A DNA stretch of 64,000 nucleotides from an uncultured Gammaproteobacteria bacterium (GCA_963748215.1 CAVVHS010000008.1:32001-96000), one strand, 5' to 3'. Shown: positions 1 to 9,072, counted from the first letter of the stretch. Program-made: numbers and translations. Notes: a model not told the origin generated them from the sequence alone.

Positions 1-461
1 CCGCCGCGGCCGATGATGAGCGCGAGCTCGGCCTCGTAATCGAGTTTGCGCGTGAACTGCGGGTAGCTGGGGATCGACGCACCGGGCGCGATCACGGCCG
101 TGGTCGCCTTGGTGAAGATGATCGGTTTTGCCGGCGCATCGGCAGAGGTATGCATCTTCTGCGCGACTTCCTGAGCATGCTCCAGGTAGTTCTTGCCCAG
201 ACAGAGAATGTTGCGTACCGGCACCGGGATCGGCGCCTGCGGCCTGACCTCGTCAAAGGCGCGCGCGGCGATCCCCTGCTGCGACGCCTGTTGCGCCAGG
301 GCGAACACGGCGGCGGCCGCGGCATCGCCGGCTGTTACCAGTTCGGCCAGCGTGCCAGGCGCCGTGCCGGCCTGCAATGCCGCGGTGGCGGCCGGGATGT
401 CGATGACCGTGGCATCGAGCAGGACACCGAGCTGACCGGCTTCAAGGGTGAGAAATTTCAT
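1..461 (-). CDS. Fumarylacetoacetate hydrolase family protein (runs off window edge)
   Basis: Manual translation from ATG 461: MKFLTLEAGQLG...RNILCLGKNYLEHA...PIIFTKAT...LDYEAELALIIG, FAH-family motifs. Confidence 0.9.
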   Translation of the reverse strand, partial: MKFLTLEAGQLGVLLDATVIDIPAATAALQAGTAPGTLAELVTAGDAAAAAVFALAQQASQQGIAARAFDEVRPQAPIPVPVRNILCLGKNYLEHAQEVAQKMHTSADAPAKPIIFTKATTAVIAPGASIPSYPQFTRKLDYEAELALIIGRG

Positions 462-536
462 GACATGCAAGGGCCGGTGATGTGATCGATCATCGGACTG
501 TCCCTAGAGCGGACCTGGCGCATTCAGCACGCTGGT

Positions 537-699
537 AATGGCCACGGAACCACACGGAAAAAGACTGACAAAATTTTCCGGGACAGGCAGGAGCAACCCG
601 TTCAGTCCGGCAGAGTACCGTACATGGCCCGGCGTATGAAGGCCCTTTGTTATTATCATTTTTATTTTTCCGTGTTCTTCCGTGGATTCCGTGGCCATT
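537..699. repeat. Inverted pair of GCCACGGAA-nn-CACGGAA (9-bp period) repeats
   Basis: ATGGCCACGGAACCACACGGAA near 538 and TTCCGTGTTCTTCCGTGGATTCCGTGGCCAT ending near 698; the family recurs across the window. Confidence 0.85.
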
Positions 700-714
700 A
701 TAATTTAGGGCCGT

Positions 715-1557
715 TTATTCAAATGTATTGCAGGCGCTCGCATCGCCCTGCGACATGCCCTGCCTGAACCAGTGCACGCGCTGTTCCGAGCTGCCGTGCG
801 TGAACGACTCCGGCACCACGTAGCCCTGGCTTTCCTTTTGCAGGCGGTCATCGCCGATGGCCGTGGCCGCGTTCAGCGCCTCCTCGATATCACCTTCCTC
901 CAGCACCTGCCGGCTGCGATCGGCATGGTTGCCCCACACACCGGCAAAGCAGTCGGCCTGCAATTCGAGTTTCACCGACAGGGTGTTGGCATCCGCCTTG
1001 CCGAGACCCTGTTGTGCGCTGCGCACCTGGTCGCTGGTACCGAGCAGCTTCTGCACATGGTGACCGACCTCGTGCGCGATCACGTAGGCCTGGGCGAAAT
1101 CGCCGGGCGCGCCGTGGCGGCGCTTGAGATCGCCGAAAAAAGCCAGGTCGATATAGACCTTGCGGTCGGCCGGGCAGTAGAACGGGCCCATGGCCGCACT
1201 GGCCATACCACAGGCCGAACGCACCGACCCGGAAAACAGTACCAGCCCGGGTTCCTCGTAGCTGAGCCCGGCCTTCTGGAAGATCGCATGCCAGGTATCC
1301 TCGGTATCCGCCAGCACCACCGACACGAAATCGGCCTGTTCCTGCTCCTCGGCGGTAGGCTGATAGGGCTCGCCCGTTTCCGCCGGCCCGAAACCCTGCG
1401 TGAGCTGCAGCAGGACACTCGGATCGATACCGAGGAAGTAACCCAGCGCCAGGGCGATGACAATCGTCCCGACACCGCCCTTGAAGGCACCGACCCCTGC
1501 ACGGCTGCCCCGCCGGTCCTCGATATTGCTGCTTCTGCGGCCTGTTCTCCAGCGCAT
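715..1557 (-). CDS. Neutral zinc metallopeptidase (YpfJ-like)
   Basis: SSNIEDRRG N-terminus, one TM helix, GPFYCPAD, HEVGH zinc motif, ELQADC, FTHGSS. Confidence 0.92.
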   Translation of the reverse strand: MRWRTGRRSSNIEDRRGSRAGVGAFKGGVGTIVIALALGYFLGIDPSVLLQLTQGFGPAETGEPYQPTAEEQEQADFVSVVLADTEDTWHAIFQKAGLSYEEPGLVLFSGSVRSACGMASAAMGPFYCPADRKVYIDLAFFGDLKRRHGAPGDFAQAYVIAHEVGHHVQKLLGTSDQVRSAQQGLGKADANTLSVKLELQADCFAGVWGNHADRSRQVLEEGDIEEALNAATAIGDDRLQKESQGYVVPESFTHGSSEQRVHWFRQGMSQGDASACNTFE

Positions 1558-1674
1558 GTCACATCCCTCGTAGTCAGCGTCGTATTATAGTGCAACTCGC
1601 ACAATCCCGGTCCAGACTTCCCTCCCCGGGCATTGACCGTTGTCTGACCACGGTTTTTGCGTCACTATTGACGC

Positions 1675-2382
1675 ATGGAAACCACGCCGGAAGCCATCGA
1701 GCCCGATCAGCCGCGCCGCCGCAGCGGCTGGACGATCTTCCTCATTGTACTGATCACCATCCTGGTCACGGCCGCGCTGTCGTACTGGGTGATCCGCACC
1801 TATATCTTTCCCGCCGAGTTCAAGCCGGTGGAGCTGTCCCAGAAGGAAGAGCGAGTGCTGGAAGATAAACTCGCGCGCCTGGACAACCTGCAAACACGGC
1901 GCACCCGCGGCCAGGCCAAGGCGCAGGAAGAACGCGCCGGGGCAGACGCCGAAGTCCTCCAGCCCGAGGCCTACAGCGAGGAAGGGGCCGACCGCAGCAT
2001 CACCCTCTCCGAGCGCGAAGTGAATTCACTGCTGGCGAAGAATACCGACCTGGCGAAGAAGCTCGCCATCGACCTGTCCGAGGGCCTGGTGAGCGCCAAG
2101 CTGCTGGTGCACGTAGACCCGGATTTTCCGATCCTCGCCGGGCAGATCATCAAGGTGCGCGCCGGCGTGGAGACGGCCTATCGCAACGGCCGGCCCATCG
2201 TGATCCTCAAGGGGGTCAGCATCATGGGCGTACCGATACCGAACGCCTGGCTCGGCGGCCTGAAGAACATCGACCTGGTCGAACAGTACGGCGGCAATTC
2301 CGGCTTCTGGAAGGCGTTCGCCGACGGCGTCGACAACATCGAAGTTCACGACGGCACCCTTCGGCTGGTACTGAAGGAATAA
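1675..2382 (+). CDS. Membrane-anchored hypothetical protein
   Basis: 235 aa ORF with one N-terminal TM helix and host-like codon usage. Confidence 0.8.
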   Translation: METTPEAIEPDQPRRRSGWTIFLIVLITILVTAALSYWVIRTYIFPAEFKPVELSQKEERVLEDKLARLDNLQTRRTRGQAKAQEERAGADAEVLQPEAYSEEGADRSITLSEREVNSLLAKNTDLAKKLAIDLSEGLVSAKLLVHVDPDFPILAGQIIKVRAGVETAYRNGRPIVILKGVSIMGVPIPNAWLGGLKNIDLVEQYGGNSGFWKAFADGVDNIEVHDGTLRLVLKE

Positions 2383-2442
2383 CCCGTATTCAGCGTGCCG
2401 CGCACACCGCGCCGGCAAGCAACCGCCAGGATTCACACCGGT

Positions 2443-3726
2443 ATGCAAATGAAAACATTTGGTCCGGCCATCATTGTTGTACTCGCCGGCCTGGTCATCG
2501 CCTGGCAGTTCGTCAATCCCGCCCCACCCCGCAGCATCACCATCGCCACCGGTCAGCCGAATGGCGCCTACTACCTGTTCGCAACGCGCTACCGCGAGCG
2601 GCTGGCCGGGCTGGGCATAACCCTGGATATTCGCGAAAGCGCCGGCTCGGTCGAGAATATCGCCCTGCTGCAGGCGCCGGACGCAGCGGTCGACCTGGCC
2701 TTCGTGCAGGGCGGCACCGGTGACCGGTCCTCAGCGGCTGCACTCAAGTCACTGGGCAGTCTGTACTTCGAACCGCTATGGTTATTCTACCGCGAGCCAA
2801 AGACCGACCGGCTGACCGACCGGCTGACCGACCTGGCGGGCATGCGCACCGCGATCGGCGAACCCGGCAGTGGCACGCGCCGCATCACGCTGACCCTGCT
2901 GGCGGACAATTTCATCGATGCCGGTGCCGACACCATCCTGCCGCTCGGTGGGCAGGCCGCCGCCGATGCGCTGCTCGATGGCAGTATCGACGCGGCGTTT
3001 TTCGTCGCCTCACCCGAGGCACCGGTGGTACAGCGCCTGCTGCACCGGCCCGACATCCGGCTGCTGTCGTTCGCGCGCGCCGCGGCCTATGTGCAAACCC
3101 ATCACTACCTGTCCGCCGTCACGCTGCCGGAAGGCATTATCGACCTGCAGGCCAACATCCCGGCACGCGACACCACCCTGCTCGCCCCCACCGCGAACCT
3201 GGTTGCGCGCGCGGACTTCCACCCCGCCCTGATCAGCCTGCTGCTGCAGATCGTCAGCGACATGCATCGCCACGGCAGCCTGTTCTCGCAGCCCGGCGAA
3301 TTTCCCAATGCACAACACCTGGAATACCCGCTCGACAAGACTGCCGAACGCTTCTACAAGTACGGTCCACCACTGCTGCAGCGCTACCTGCCGTTCTGGA
3401 CCGCCGACCTGGTCGATCGCATGAAGGTCATGCTGGTGCCGCTGCTGACGCTGCTGTTCCCGCTGATAAAGATAATGCCGCCCGTGTACCGCTGGCGTGT
3501 GCGCAAGAAGATCTACCGCTGGTATCGCTTGCTGCGCAAACTGGAAACCGGCGACAGCGCGGCACTGGACGGAAAGCGGCGTGATGAACTGCTGCGGCAG
3601 CTCCAGTCGATTGACGACGATGTGCGCAAGCTGCACGTGCCGCTGTCCTACTCGGACGAACTCTACAACCTGCGCCTGCACATCGACATGGTGCGGAAGA
3701 AACTGCTGGCGACAGCCAGGCCCTGA
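2443..3726 (+). CDS. TAXI-family solute-binding protein with C-terminal membrane extension
   Basis: ITIATG..GAYY, SAGSVENI, LYFEPLW, IGEPGSGT, LQRYLPFW and C-terminal TM; start uncertain (2395/2443/2449). Confidence 0.85.
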   Translation: MQMKTFGPAIIVVLAGLVIAWQFVNPAPPRSITIATGQPNGAYYLFATRYRERLAGLGITLDIRESAGSVENIALLQAPDAAVDLAFVQGGTGDRSSAAALKSLGSLYFEPLWLFYREPKTDRLTDRLTDLAGMRTAIGEPGSGTRRITLTLLADNFIDAGADTILPLGGQAAADALLDGSIDAAFFVASPEAPVVQRLLHRPDIRLLSFARAAAYVQTHHYLSAVTLPEGIIDLQANIPARDTTLLAPTANLVARADFHPALISLLLQIVSDMHRHGSLFSQPGEFPNAQHLEYPLDKTAERFYKYGPPLLQRYLPFWTADLVDRMKVMLVPLLTLLFPLIKIMPPVYRWRVRKKIYRWYRLLRKLETGDSAALDGKRRDELLRQLQSIDDDVRKLHVPLSYSDELYNLRLHIDMVRKKLLATARP

Positions 3727-3810
3727 TCGTTGACCGGGGTCAGATCCTCATTCCTGCTTATATGGGTTACCAGGACCTGACCCACGTTTTCCTGAAATAA
3801 GGGTAATGAC

Positions 3811-4098
3811 CTACTCAACCAGAAATTGCAGTCGTGCATCGGATTTTGCAGGCGTGATCTCGAGGATTTCCGCGCTTACTACATTATGGGCCACAAACGG
3901 ATCATCATTTACTCTGGCCTGCAGGTCAGTCAGTGACGTATTGTGAGCGACAATCCCGCCACCCAGGCTGGGCTGAAGACTGCCGGCCAGCAAAAATACG
4001 TCGTCATCAAAACCGCATTTTATCCATTCGTTGTGGCCCTTCATAAAGTCACTTGCCTGTCTTTTATTGTCGGAAAATTTCAGCAGTACGATAAACAT
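3811..4098 (-). CDS. YciI-family protein (gene cassette)
   Basis: 95 aa, H..W....F, LAGSL, GGGI, DPFV. Confidence 0.85.
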   Translation of the reverse strand: MFIVLLKFSDNKRQASDFMKGHNEWIKCGFDDDVFLLAGSLQPSLGGGIVAHNTSLTDLQARVNDDPFVAHNVVSAEILEITPAKSDARLQFLVE

Positions 4099-4164
4099 CG
4101 GATGAATTCTACTCTTGACTTGAAATGGCGTGTAAATTCAACCCTAATTCGTTTATGCCAATTG

Positions 4165-4237
4165 CCCTGACGATAGCATTAACCGGCCGAAGGGGTGCGC
4201 AGCGGCCCGAACTACCTTGTTGAATGGATAGTTCGGC
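4165..4237 (-). other. Degenerate integron attC site
   Basis: Minus strand GCCGAAC..CATT(C)AAC...GTTAATG..GTCAGGG; L boxes pair with one extrahelical base, both R boxes carry substitutions. Confidence 0.65.
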
Positions 4238-4253
4238 ACTGGACGCACGTTGA

Positions 4254-4688
4254 TTACTGCCGAATTTCGGGCTCAATGAGTTTTTCGGGTAAAACGAACG
4301 ACTCCTGCCACCCGAGATAACACATTTCGTCAGGAATACCTTCCTGCACGACATTCAACCCGATTCCACACGAGATAGTCTTCAAAGACACTGTCGCGTT
4401 TATGATGCCGGGAAGGCTGGGATCCTCGAATTGATCTGTGTAGCGGTTCAGTTCGTTTGGCACCAGTTCCAGGTATTCACCACCGAAGGCATGGCTCTGT
4501 TGGGTTGTGTAATTTGTGAATGACATTCTGAATGTCCCGCCAACTCGTGCATCGATGCGGTGCACCTTTCCGGTAAAGCCGTTCGAAGGAAGCCACTTGA
4601 CCATCGCGTCAGCATCGAGGGATGCGCGATATACCCGTTCGGGTGGCGCACGGAAAACACGGTGGAGACGAACAGTGTTGGTGGCCAT
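4254..4688 (-). CDS. SRPBCC/AHSA1-like protein (gene cassette, possibly decaying)
   Basis: MATNTVRLHRVFRAPPERVYRA...GGEYLELVP...CYLGWQES; the upstream ORF extension is MITE sequence. Confidence 0.85.
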   Translation of the reverse strand: MATNTVRLHRVFRAPPERVYRASLDADAMVKWLPSNGFTGKVHRIDARVGGTFRMSFTNYTTQQSHAFGGEYLELVPNELNRYTDQFEDPSLPGIINATVSLKTISCGIGLNVVQEGIPDEMCYLGWQESFVLPEKLIEPEIRQ

Positions 4689-4754
4689 GAATATTCTCAC
4701 CTTCGCGTGCTGGATTACAGCGCCTGCTTCCACAAAACATTTTGAAAACGCTAA

Positions 4755-4864
4755 GGAATCTCTGATTAATTCGTCATGCCGGCGAAAGCCGGCATCCAGG
4801 CTATTGAAAACACTGGATCCCGGCATGCCTCGGGATGACGATGAGTGAATTAATCAGACGTTCC
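4755..4864. mobile_element. MITE with IS5-like ends and CTAA target duplication
   Basis: CTAA|GGAATCTCTGATTAAT...ATTAATCAGACGTTCC|CTAA; internal GTCAT..GCCGGC hairpin; second copy at 31053. Confidence 0.8.
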
Positions 4865-4883
4865 CTAACTTATTCCCGCAGGC

Positions 4884-4937
4884 GCCCCACGTTTTCCATA
4901 ACCGGCGCTTTTGCGCATGTGCAACCGTTTGTTATGT
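4884..4937 (-). other. Internally deleted attC remnant
   Basis: ACATAAC-AAACGGTTGCAC shortly after the stop at 4953; right half short and eroded. Confidence 0.5.
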
Positions 4938-4952
4938 CGTGGCACTCAATTT

Positions 4953-5324
4953 CTAAACGAAAGCATAGATAAGAAACCCGCCGAATGCTGCTGCAAAGAC
5001 ACCGCCAACACGAGCAAACGGCTTTAAACCAGATAGCGCCCAGGACATTAACCGGTAAAAGTTGTGGCGTCCCATTACAGCTAGAGCAAAAGCGGCGACA
5101 ATAGAGAACCAACCAAGAATTTCAATTACTAACGGATACTTCGATAGACTGTTTTGAGTTATCAGTAAAACGCCAATAATCAGTCTCACTACAACAGCAA
5201 GAATATGTATTGCCAGCTTATCAATGTTAGTTCGCAGATATCCGAATATAACTTCCGGGTTTATTACGATTACCACTCCAGCCAGTAGAATCAGTGCGCC
5301 GAATATAATTATCAATGCGGTCAT
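4953..5324 (-). CDS. Small multi-TM membrane protein (gene cassette)
   Basis: 123 aa hydrophobic ORF from MTALIII, AT-rich, between attC-like sites. Confidence 0.75.
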   Translation of the reverse strand: MTALIIIFGALILLAGVVIVINPEVIFGYLRTNIDKLAIHILAVVVRLIIGVLLITQNSLSKYPLVIEILGWFSIVAAFALAVMGRHNFYRLMSWALSGLKPFARVGGVFAAAFGGFLIYAFV

Positions 5325-5343
5325 AATCTGTTTTTCTAGGGAA

Positions 5344-5418
5344 ACATCACGTTGGAACTCTGCCGCTGCCGAAGGAGCGCTAGCGACGAAGGCAGTCGGC
5401 AGGAGTGACTTGTATGGC
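5344..5418 (-). other. Degenerate integron attC site
   Basis: Minus strand GCCATAC..ACT(C)CTGCC...GGCAGAGT..GTGATGT; R boxes mutated from AAC/GTT. Confidence 0.7.
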
Positions 5419-5424
5419 GTCACT

Positions 5425-5805
5425 TTATATCACTTTTAAAATGAACACCTCTGAAAAAAGTGGCAGTGAGACCTCACACCCTGAACCTTGGGAGCTCTCT
5501 AATACTGTTTCCATATGATACATGTTACCTTCCACATACTCTTCACACACAGATTCCGAGTTATTTTCATCTCCATAACTAACCTTGTATGTCGCATCAC
5601 CGGATTTTGGAAGGAATATGAATCGACTTTCCCCAGGAAGCAGATCTCCTAACTTGGTTTTCTTATCATCAACATGCACGATTACGGAACTTATTGCATC
5701 TGTCCCTCCATTTGTTATGCGTGCCGTTGAATTAGCAAGCCAAATAAGATTTGGCGCAAATATGCAGACAGCCAAGATGAAAATAATGAGTGCAGTTGTC
5801 TTCAC
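5425..5805 (-). CDS. Hypothetical exported protein (gene cassette)
   Basis: 126 aa, N-terminal hydrophobic segment, GTG start about 10 bp after attC core. Confidence 0.75.
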   Translation of the reverse strand: MKTTALIIFILAVCIFAPNLIWLANSTARITNGGTDAISSVIVHVDDKKTKLGDLLPGESRFIFLPKSGDATYKVSYGDENNSESVCEEYVEGNMYHMETVLESSQGSGCEVSLPLFSEVFILKVI

Positions 5806-5814
5806 GTTCTAAGC

Positions 5815-5898
5815 ATATAACGTTTGAGTTGAGGGGCTGGGCGCCGCAGGCGGCCAGCCCCAGTGAGCGAAGCGAACGACTCGAACGATGGGTTAGGC
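5815..5898 (-). other. Integron attC site (intact)
   Basis: Minus strand GCCTAAC-CCATC-GTT(C)GAG...CTCAAC-TCAAAC-GTTATAT, 84 bp, 7 bp after a stop codon. Confidence 0.88.
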
Positions 5899-5905
5899 GT
5901 TGTCT

Positions 5906-6505
5906 TCATTTGACAAAGAATGCTTCAGCTTTCTTTACGACCTCGGCGTAGTAGTTGAGGGCAGCCTCTGCCGTAGCTGGAAGATCCTCGGGGTTAATGG
6001 AGCTTCCATTGTGGGCGGTGGGCACTTCGTATGTTCGCCCTCGGTTCACGACACGTGACATTCTGGCTCTCGCCGGTTCGAATTCGAACTTGAGAGGTTG
6101 CTTAGAGCGAACGTGAATGCCACGTTCGTTAGACCGGATTTCAAGACGCTCGATAAGGACCGAACCGTCGGGCTGCAGACCGACGCCATCTGCGAGGCCT
6201 ATTCCAACACCACCGGGTTTTCGCTCGGTAATTTCATTGACTGTGTGCTCTTCCGCACCACGGGCGTTGCAGAGGTAAGCAAGAAGAGGATCTTTCCGAC
6301 GGAACTCCTCGACGGGAGCAGCCCAATTGCCAAACTTTGGGCTTCTCCCGTAGTGCGCCTTTGTCTTGTTCAATACCCGCTCGATCCGGTGCAAGAAATC
6401 TTTCCAGTGTTCTTCGAACTCGTCAAGGGAGGCGGCTGACCTCATGCACGCGATCGCCTCGCCCGCGCGCTCAAGCTCTGCATGTGGGGCTTTGGAAGGT
6501 TGCAT
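5906..6505 (-). CDS. Hypothetical protein with HEPN-like RxxxxH motif (first cassette)
   Basis: 199 aa, helical N-half, LLAYLCNARGAEEH; the family assignment is inference. Confidence 0.7.
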   Translation of the reverse strand: MQPSKAPHAELERAGEAIACMRSAASLDEFEEHWKDFLHRIERVLNKTKAHYGRSPKFGNWAAPVEEFRRKDPLLAYLCNARGAEEHTVNEITERKPGGVGIGLADGVGLQPDGSVLIERLEIRSNERGIHVRSKQPLKFEFEPARARMSRVVNRGRTYEVPTAHNGSSINPEDLPATAEAALNYYAEVVKKAEAFFVK

Positions 6506-6828
6506 GCTTCAAAAGACCTAGCAGTGAGTAGAGCACGATATTCGTGCAAAACAATGCGTGAACGCCCGACACTTGTTACCGCACTTCTCGATTTATCAAC
6601 GCCTTATACCGGAATCACCCTGAACAGGCCGATGCAAACGATGAATGGCCTTGCCTGCACTATATTCCGACTATACGACCACGCTGACCTCATGCGATAG
6701 AATAAAAGGCTAGTGGGATTTCTGGCAGAACGAGGGCAGTGATAGCTGGAAACAGACCTTGCGCAAGACATCCATGCTATTCATTGTGTCTATGCGTCCT
6801 GGCGCGAGATGCTTACTGAATAACACCA

Positions 6829-7644
6829 CTACCACAGCAACCCGACCGCCCGCTTCCCCAGCACCTCTGCATCGAACACCACACGTGCCGGACCGCCGGC
6901 AATCCCGTAGCAAACGTGCAGCGGCAACAGGTGTTCCGCGCGCGGGTGGCAATAACGGGCATGCGGCGCCTGCTCCCACTCGACAAGACATTGCTCGCGT
7001 GCCTGTTCTGTCAGACCGGGGCCGGTACAGGTCTCGACCAGCCAGTCCTGGAAGGACTCGTTGTCCGTATCGGACGTGCCCGGCCGGCTGGTGAAAAAGG
7101 CGCGCATGTTGTGAAAGGAAAATCCGGACCCGACGACAAGCACGTTGCGCGCACGCAGCCCGGCCAGCGCCTTGCCCATGCGGATATGCAGACCTGCATC
7201 GAGGCCGCGCACCAGCGACAGCTGCAGGCAGGGAATCGCGGCTTCCGGGTACATGAGCCTGAGCGGCACGAATACACCGTGGTCGAAGCCGCGTGTCGCG
7301 TCCAGTTCCGCAGCGATACCGGCGTCCTGCAGTATGTCCCGGATATCCGCGGCCAGTGCCGGTGCGCCCGGCGCCGGGTACTCGATGCTGTAGGAGGCTT
7401 CAGGGAAACCGGTGTAGTCGTAGATCAGCGCCGGTCGTGCACCACCGGTAAGCGTCGGCACCTGTGCCTCCCAGTGCGCACTGATCACCAGGATGGCGTC
7501 GGGCTGGCCCAGCTCCGCGGCGATGGCGCCGAGAAAGCGCACCAGTCCCGCATGGTGCGGGTCGCCCAGCAACGGCAGCGGTCCACCGCCGTGCGGCAGG
7601 AATAAAACGGGGCTCGTCGGACTGGCAGCGCCAGGTTGCTTCAT
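6829..7644 (-). CDS. DODA/LigB-type class III extradiol dioxygenase
   Basis: LFLPHGGGP, VISAHWE, RGFDHG, GSGFSFHN, HPRAEHLLP; start uncertain. Confidence 0.92.
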   Translation of the reverse strand: MKQPGAASPTSPVLFLPHGGGPLPLLGDPHHAGLVRFLGAIAAELGQPDAILVISAHWEAQVPTLTGGARPALIYDYTGFPEASYSIEYPAPGAPALAADIRDILQDAGIAAELDATRGFDHGVFVPLRLMYPEAAIPCLQLSLVRGLDAGLHIRMGKALAGLRARNVLVVGSGFSFHNMRAFFTSRPGTSDTDNESFQDWLVETCTGPGLTEQAREQCLVEWEQAPHARYCHPRAEHLLPLHVCYGIAGGPARVVFDAEVLGKRAVGLLW

Positions 7645-7646
7645 AA

Positions 7647-7704
7647 AAGGGGCCGGATACGTTTTCCGGTACACAATATCACCGGAAAACGTATCCGGCC
7701 CCTT
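7647..7704. repeat. Perfect 24-bp inverted repeat with 10-nt loop
   Basis: AAGGGGCCGGATACGTTTTCCGGT / ACCGGAAAACGTATCCGGCCCCTT. Confidence 0.9.
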
Positions 7705-7713
7705 ATTGTACGA

Positions 7714-8151
7714 TCAGTCACACTTCGCGCTGATGAACTTGCCCTGCCAGGTATTCCGGATTTCCATATTCATGCCGTTGAAGGACATCGACATGACCAT
7801 CTCGCCGCTTGCGGTCTTGCCCTGCGACTCGAAATGCCCTTCGGCGTTCATGTCCGGCATGCCCTCGCCGGCACTGCAGGCCATTTTCCACGTCACCGAG
7901 TTGCCGTCGTCCTGCATATCCAGCATGCGGCATTCCTGGTTGTCGGTCATCATTTGCGAGGGATCGTAGCTGCCTTCCTCGATACATTCTACGCTCGTCC
8001 GGTTGACGGGCTGCCCGGTCATCGGGTTCTGGCTGGTGACACTCATCTCCCACTTGCCCGGCTCGAGTGTGACGGCGGCGGCAGGCAGCGCACACGCGAA
8101 CAGCAGGCAGCCCAGCAGCGTGCGCGGCGTATGTTTTGTACTGAACATCAT
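7714..8151 (-). CDS. DUF3617-like secreted protein
   Basis: Signal peptide, LEPGKWE, four spaced Cys, C-terminal GKFISAKCD. Confidence 0.8.
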   Translation of the reverse strand: MMFSTKHTPRTLLGCLLFACALPAAAVTLEPGKWEMSVTSQNPMTGQPVNRTSVECIEEGSYDPSQMMTDNQECRMLDMQDDGNSVTWKMACSAGEGMPDMNAEGHFESQGKTASGEMVMSMSFNGMNMEIRNTWQGKFISAKCD

Positions 8152-8232
8152 ATTGTTCTCCTCGGAATGGCTTGCCGAATCATGCAGTCCATTGTTTGCT
8201 TAACATGCCGCGTCCGTCGGCATGGCAGTGGA

Positions 8233-8673
8233 TCAATCGCACGCGGCCGCGATAAAACGGCCCTGCCATCGGCTTTGCTGCTGCATCTCCATACCGCCGA
8301 ATGACAGGGTCATGTTCAGTTCACCCCGGGCAGCCCTGCCCTGCGATACGAAGCGGCCGTCACCCTGCATCATCGGCATGCCGCCGCCGGCGGCAGCGCC
8401 GCAGGTCATGTGCCAGGTCACGGTATTGCCCCGCTCCTGCAGGTTGGTGACGTCGCACATGCCTTCCGCCATACCGGCAAGCTGCACCGGATCATGCTCG
8501 CGTTCGGGGATGCATTCGATGGTCGTACGCGACATCTGCGAGCCATTCATCGGGTTGAAACCATCGAACTGCATTTCCCACTTGCCCGGTTCCAGCTGGA
8601 TGGCCTGCACGCCAGCTGCGGCAAACAGCAGGCTGCCGCCAATCACCGCCTTGTACAAGATGTTCATATTCAT
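8233..8673 (-). CDS. DUF3617-like secreted protein (tandem paralogue)
   Basis: Signal peptide, LEPGKWE, GNTVTW, GRFIAAACD. Confidence 0.8.
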   Translation of the reverse strand: MNMNILYKAVIGGSLLFAAAGVQAIQLEPGKWEMQFDGFNPMNGSQMSRTTIECIPEREHDPVQLAGMAEGMCDVTNLQERGNTVTWHMTCGAAAGGGMPMMQGDGRFVSQGRAARGELNMTLSFGGMEMQQQSRWQGRFIAAACD

Positions 8674-8685
8674 ACCCTCTCCCTC

Positions 8686-9072
8686 TCAGTATTTCCTGCC
8701 CAGTAATTCGATTTGATAGCCGTCCGGGTCCTCGATGAACGCGATGATGGTGGTGCCGGCATTCATCGGCCCGGCCTCGCGGATAACCTTGCCACCGCGC
8801 GCCTGCAAATCCTCCACCGCCTTGTAGACATCGTCGACCTCTATCGCGATATGTCCGAAGCCCTCGCCGAGATCGTATGCTTCGGTGTCCCAGTTATAGG
8901 TCAGCTCGAGGACCGTATTGTCCCGCTCGTCACCGTAGCCGACGAAGGCCAGCGTGAACTTGCCGTCCGGATACTCTTTCTGCCGCAGCAGGCGCATGCC
9001 CAGCACATGGGTATAGAAATCGATGGAACGCTGCAGGTTCCCGACCCGCAGCATGGTGTGTAACAGTCGCAT
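8686..9072 (-). CDS. gloA: Lactoylglutathione lyase
   Basis: [32 protein letters not shown]. Confidence 0.97.
   Translation of the reverse strand: MRLLHTMLRVGNLQRSIDFYTHVLGMRLLRQKEYPDGKFTLAFVGYGDERDNTVLELTYNWDTEAYDLGEGFGHIAIEVDDVYKAVEDLQARGGKVIREAGPMNAGTTIIAFIEDPDGYQIELLGRKY

Noticed and set aside
504-698. Small ORFs starting MATE(S/T/A) (also 18894-19124, 20412-20640, 38578-38892)
   Set aside because: Translations of the ATGGCCACGGAA repeat, not genes
6506-6828. Integron integrase upstream of the cassette array
   Set aside because: Too short and no tyrosine-recombinase motifs in any listed frame
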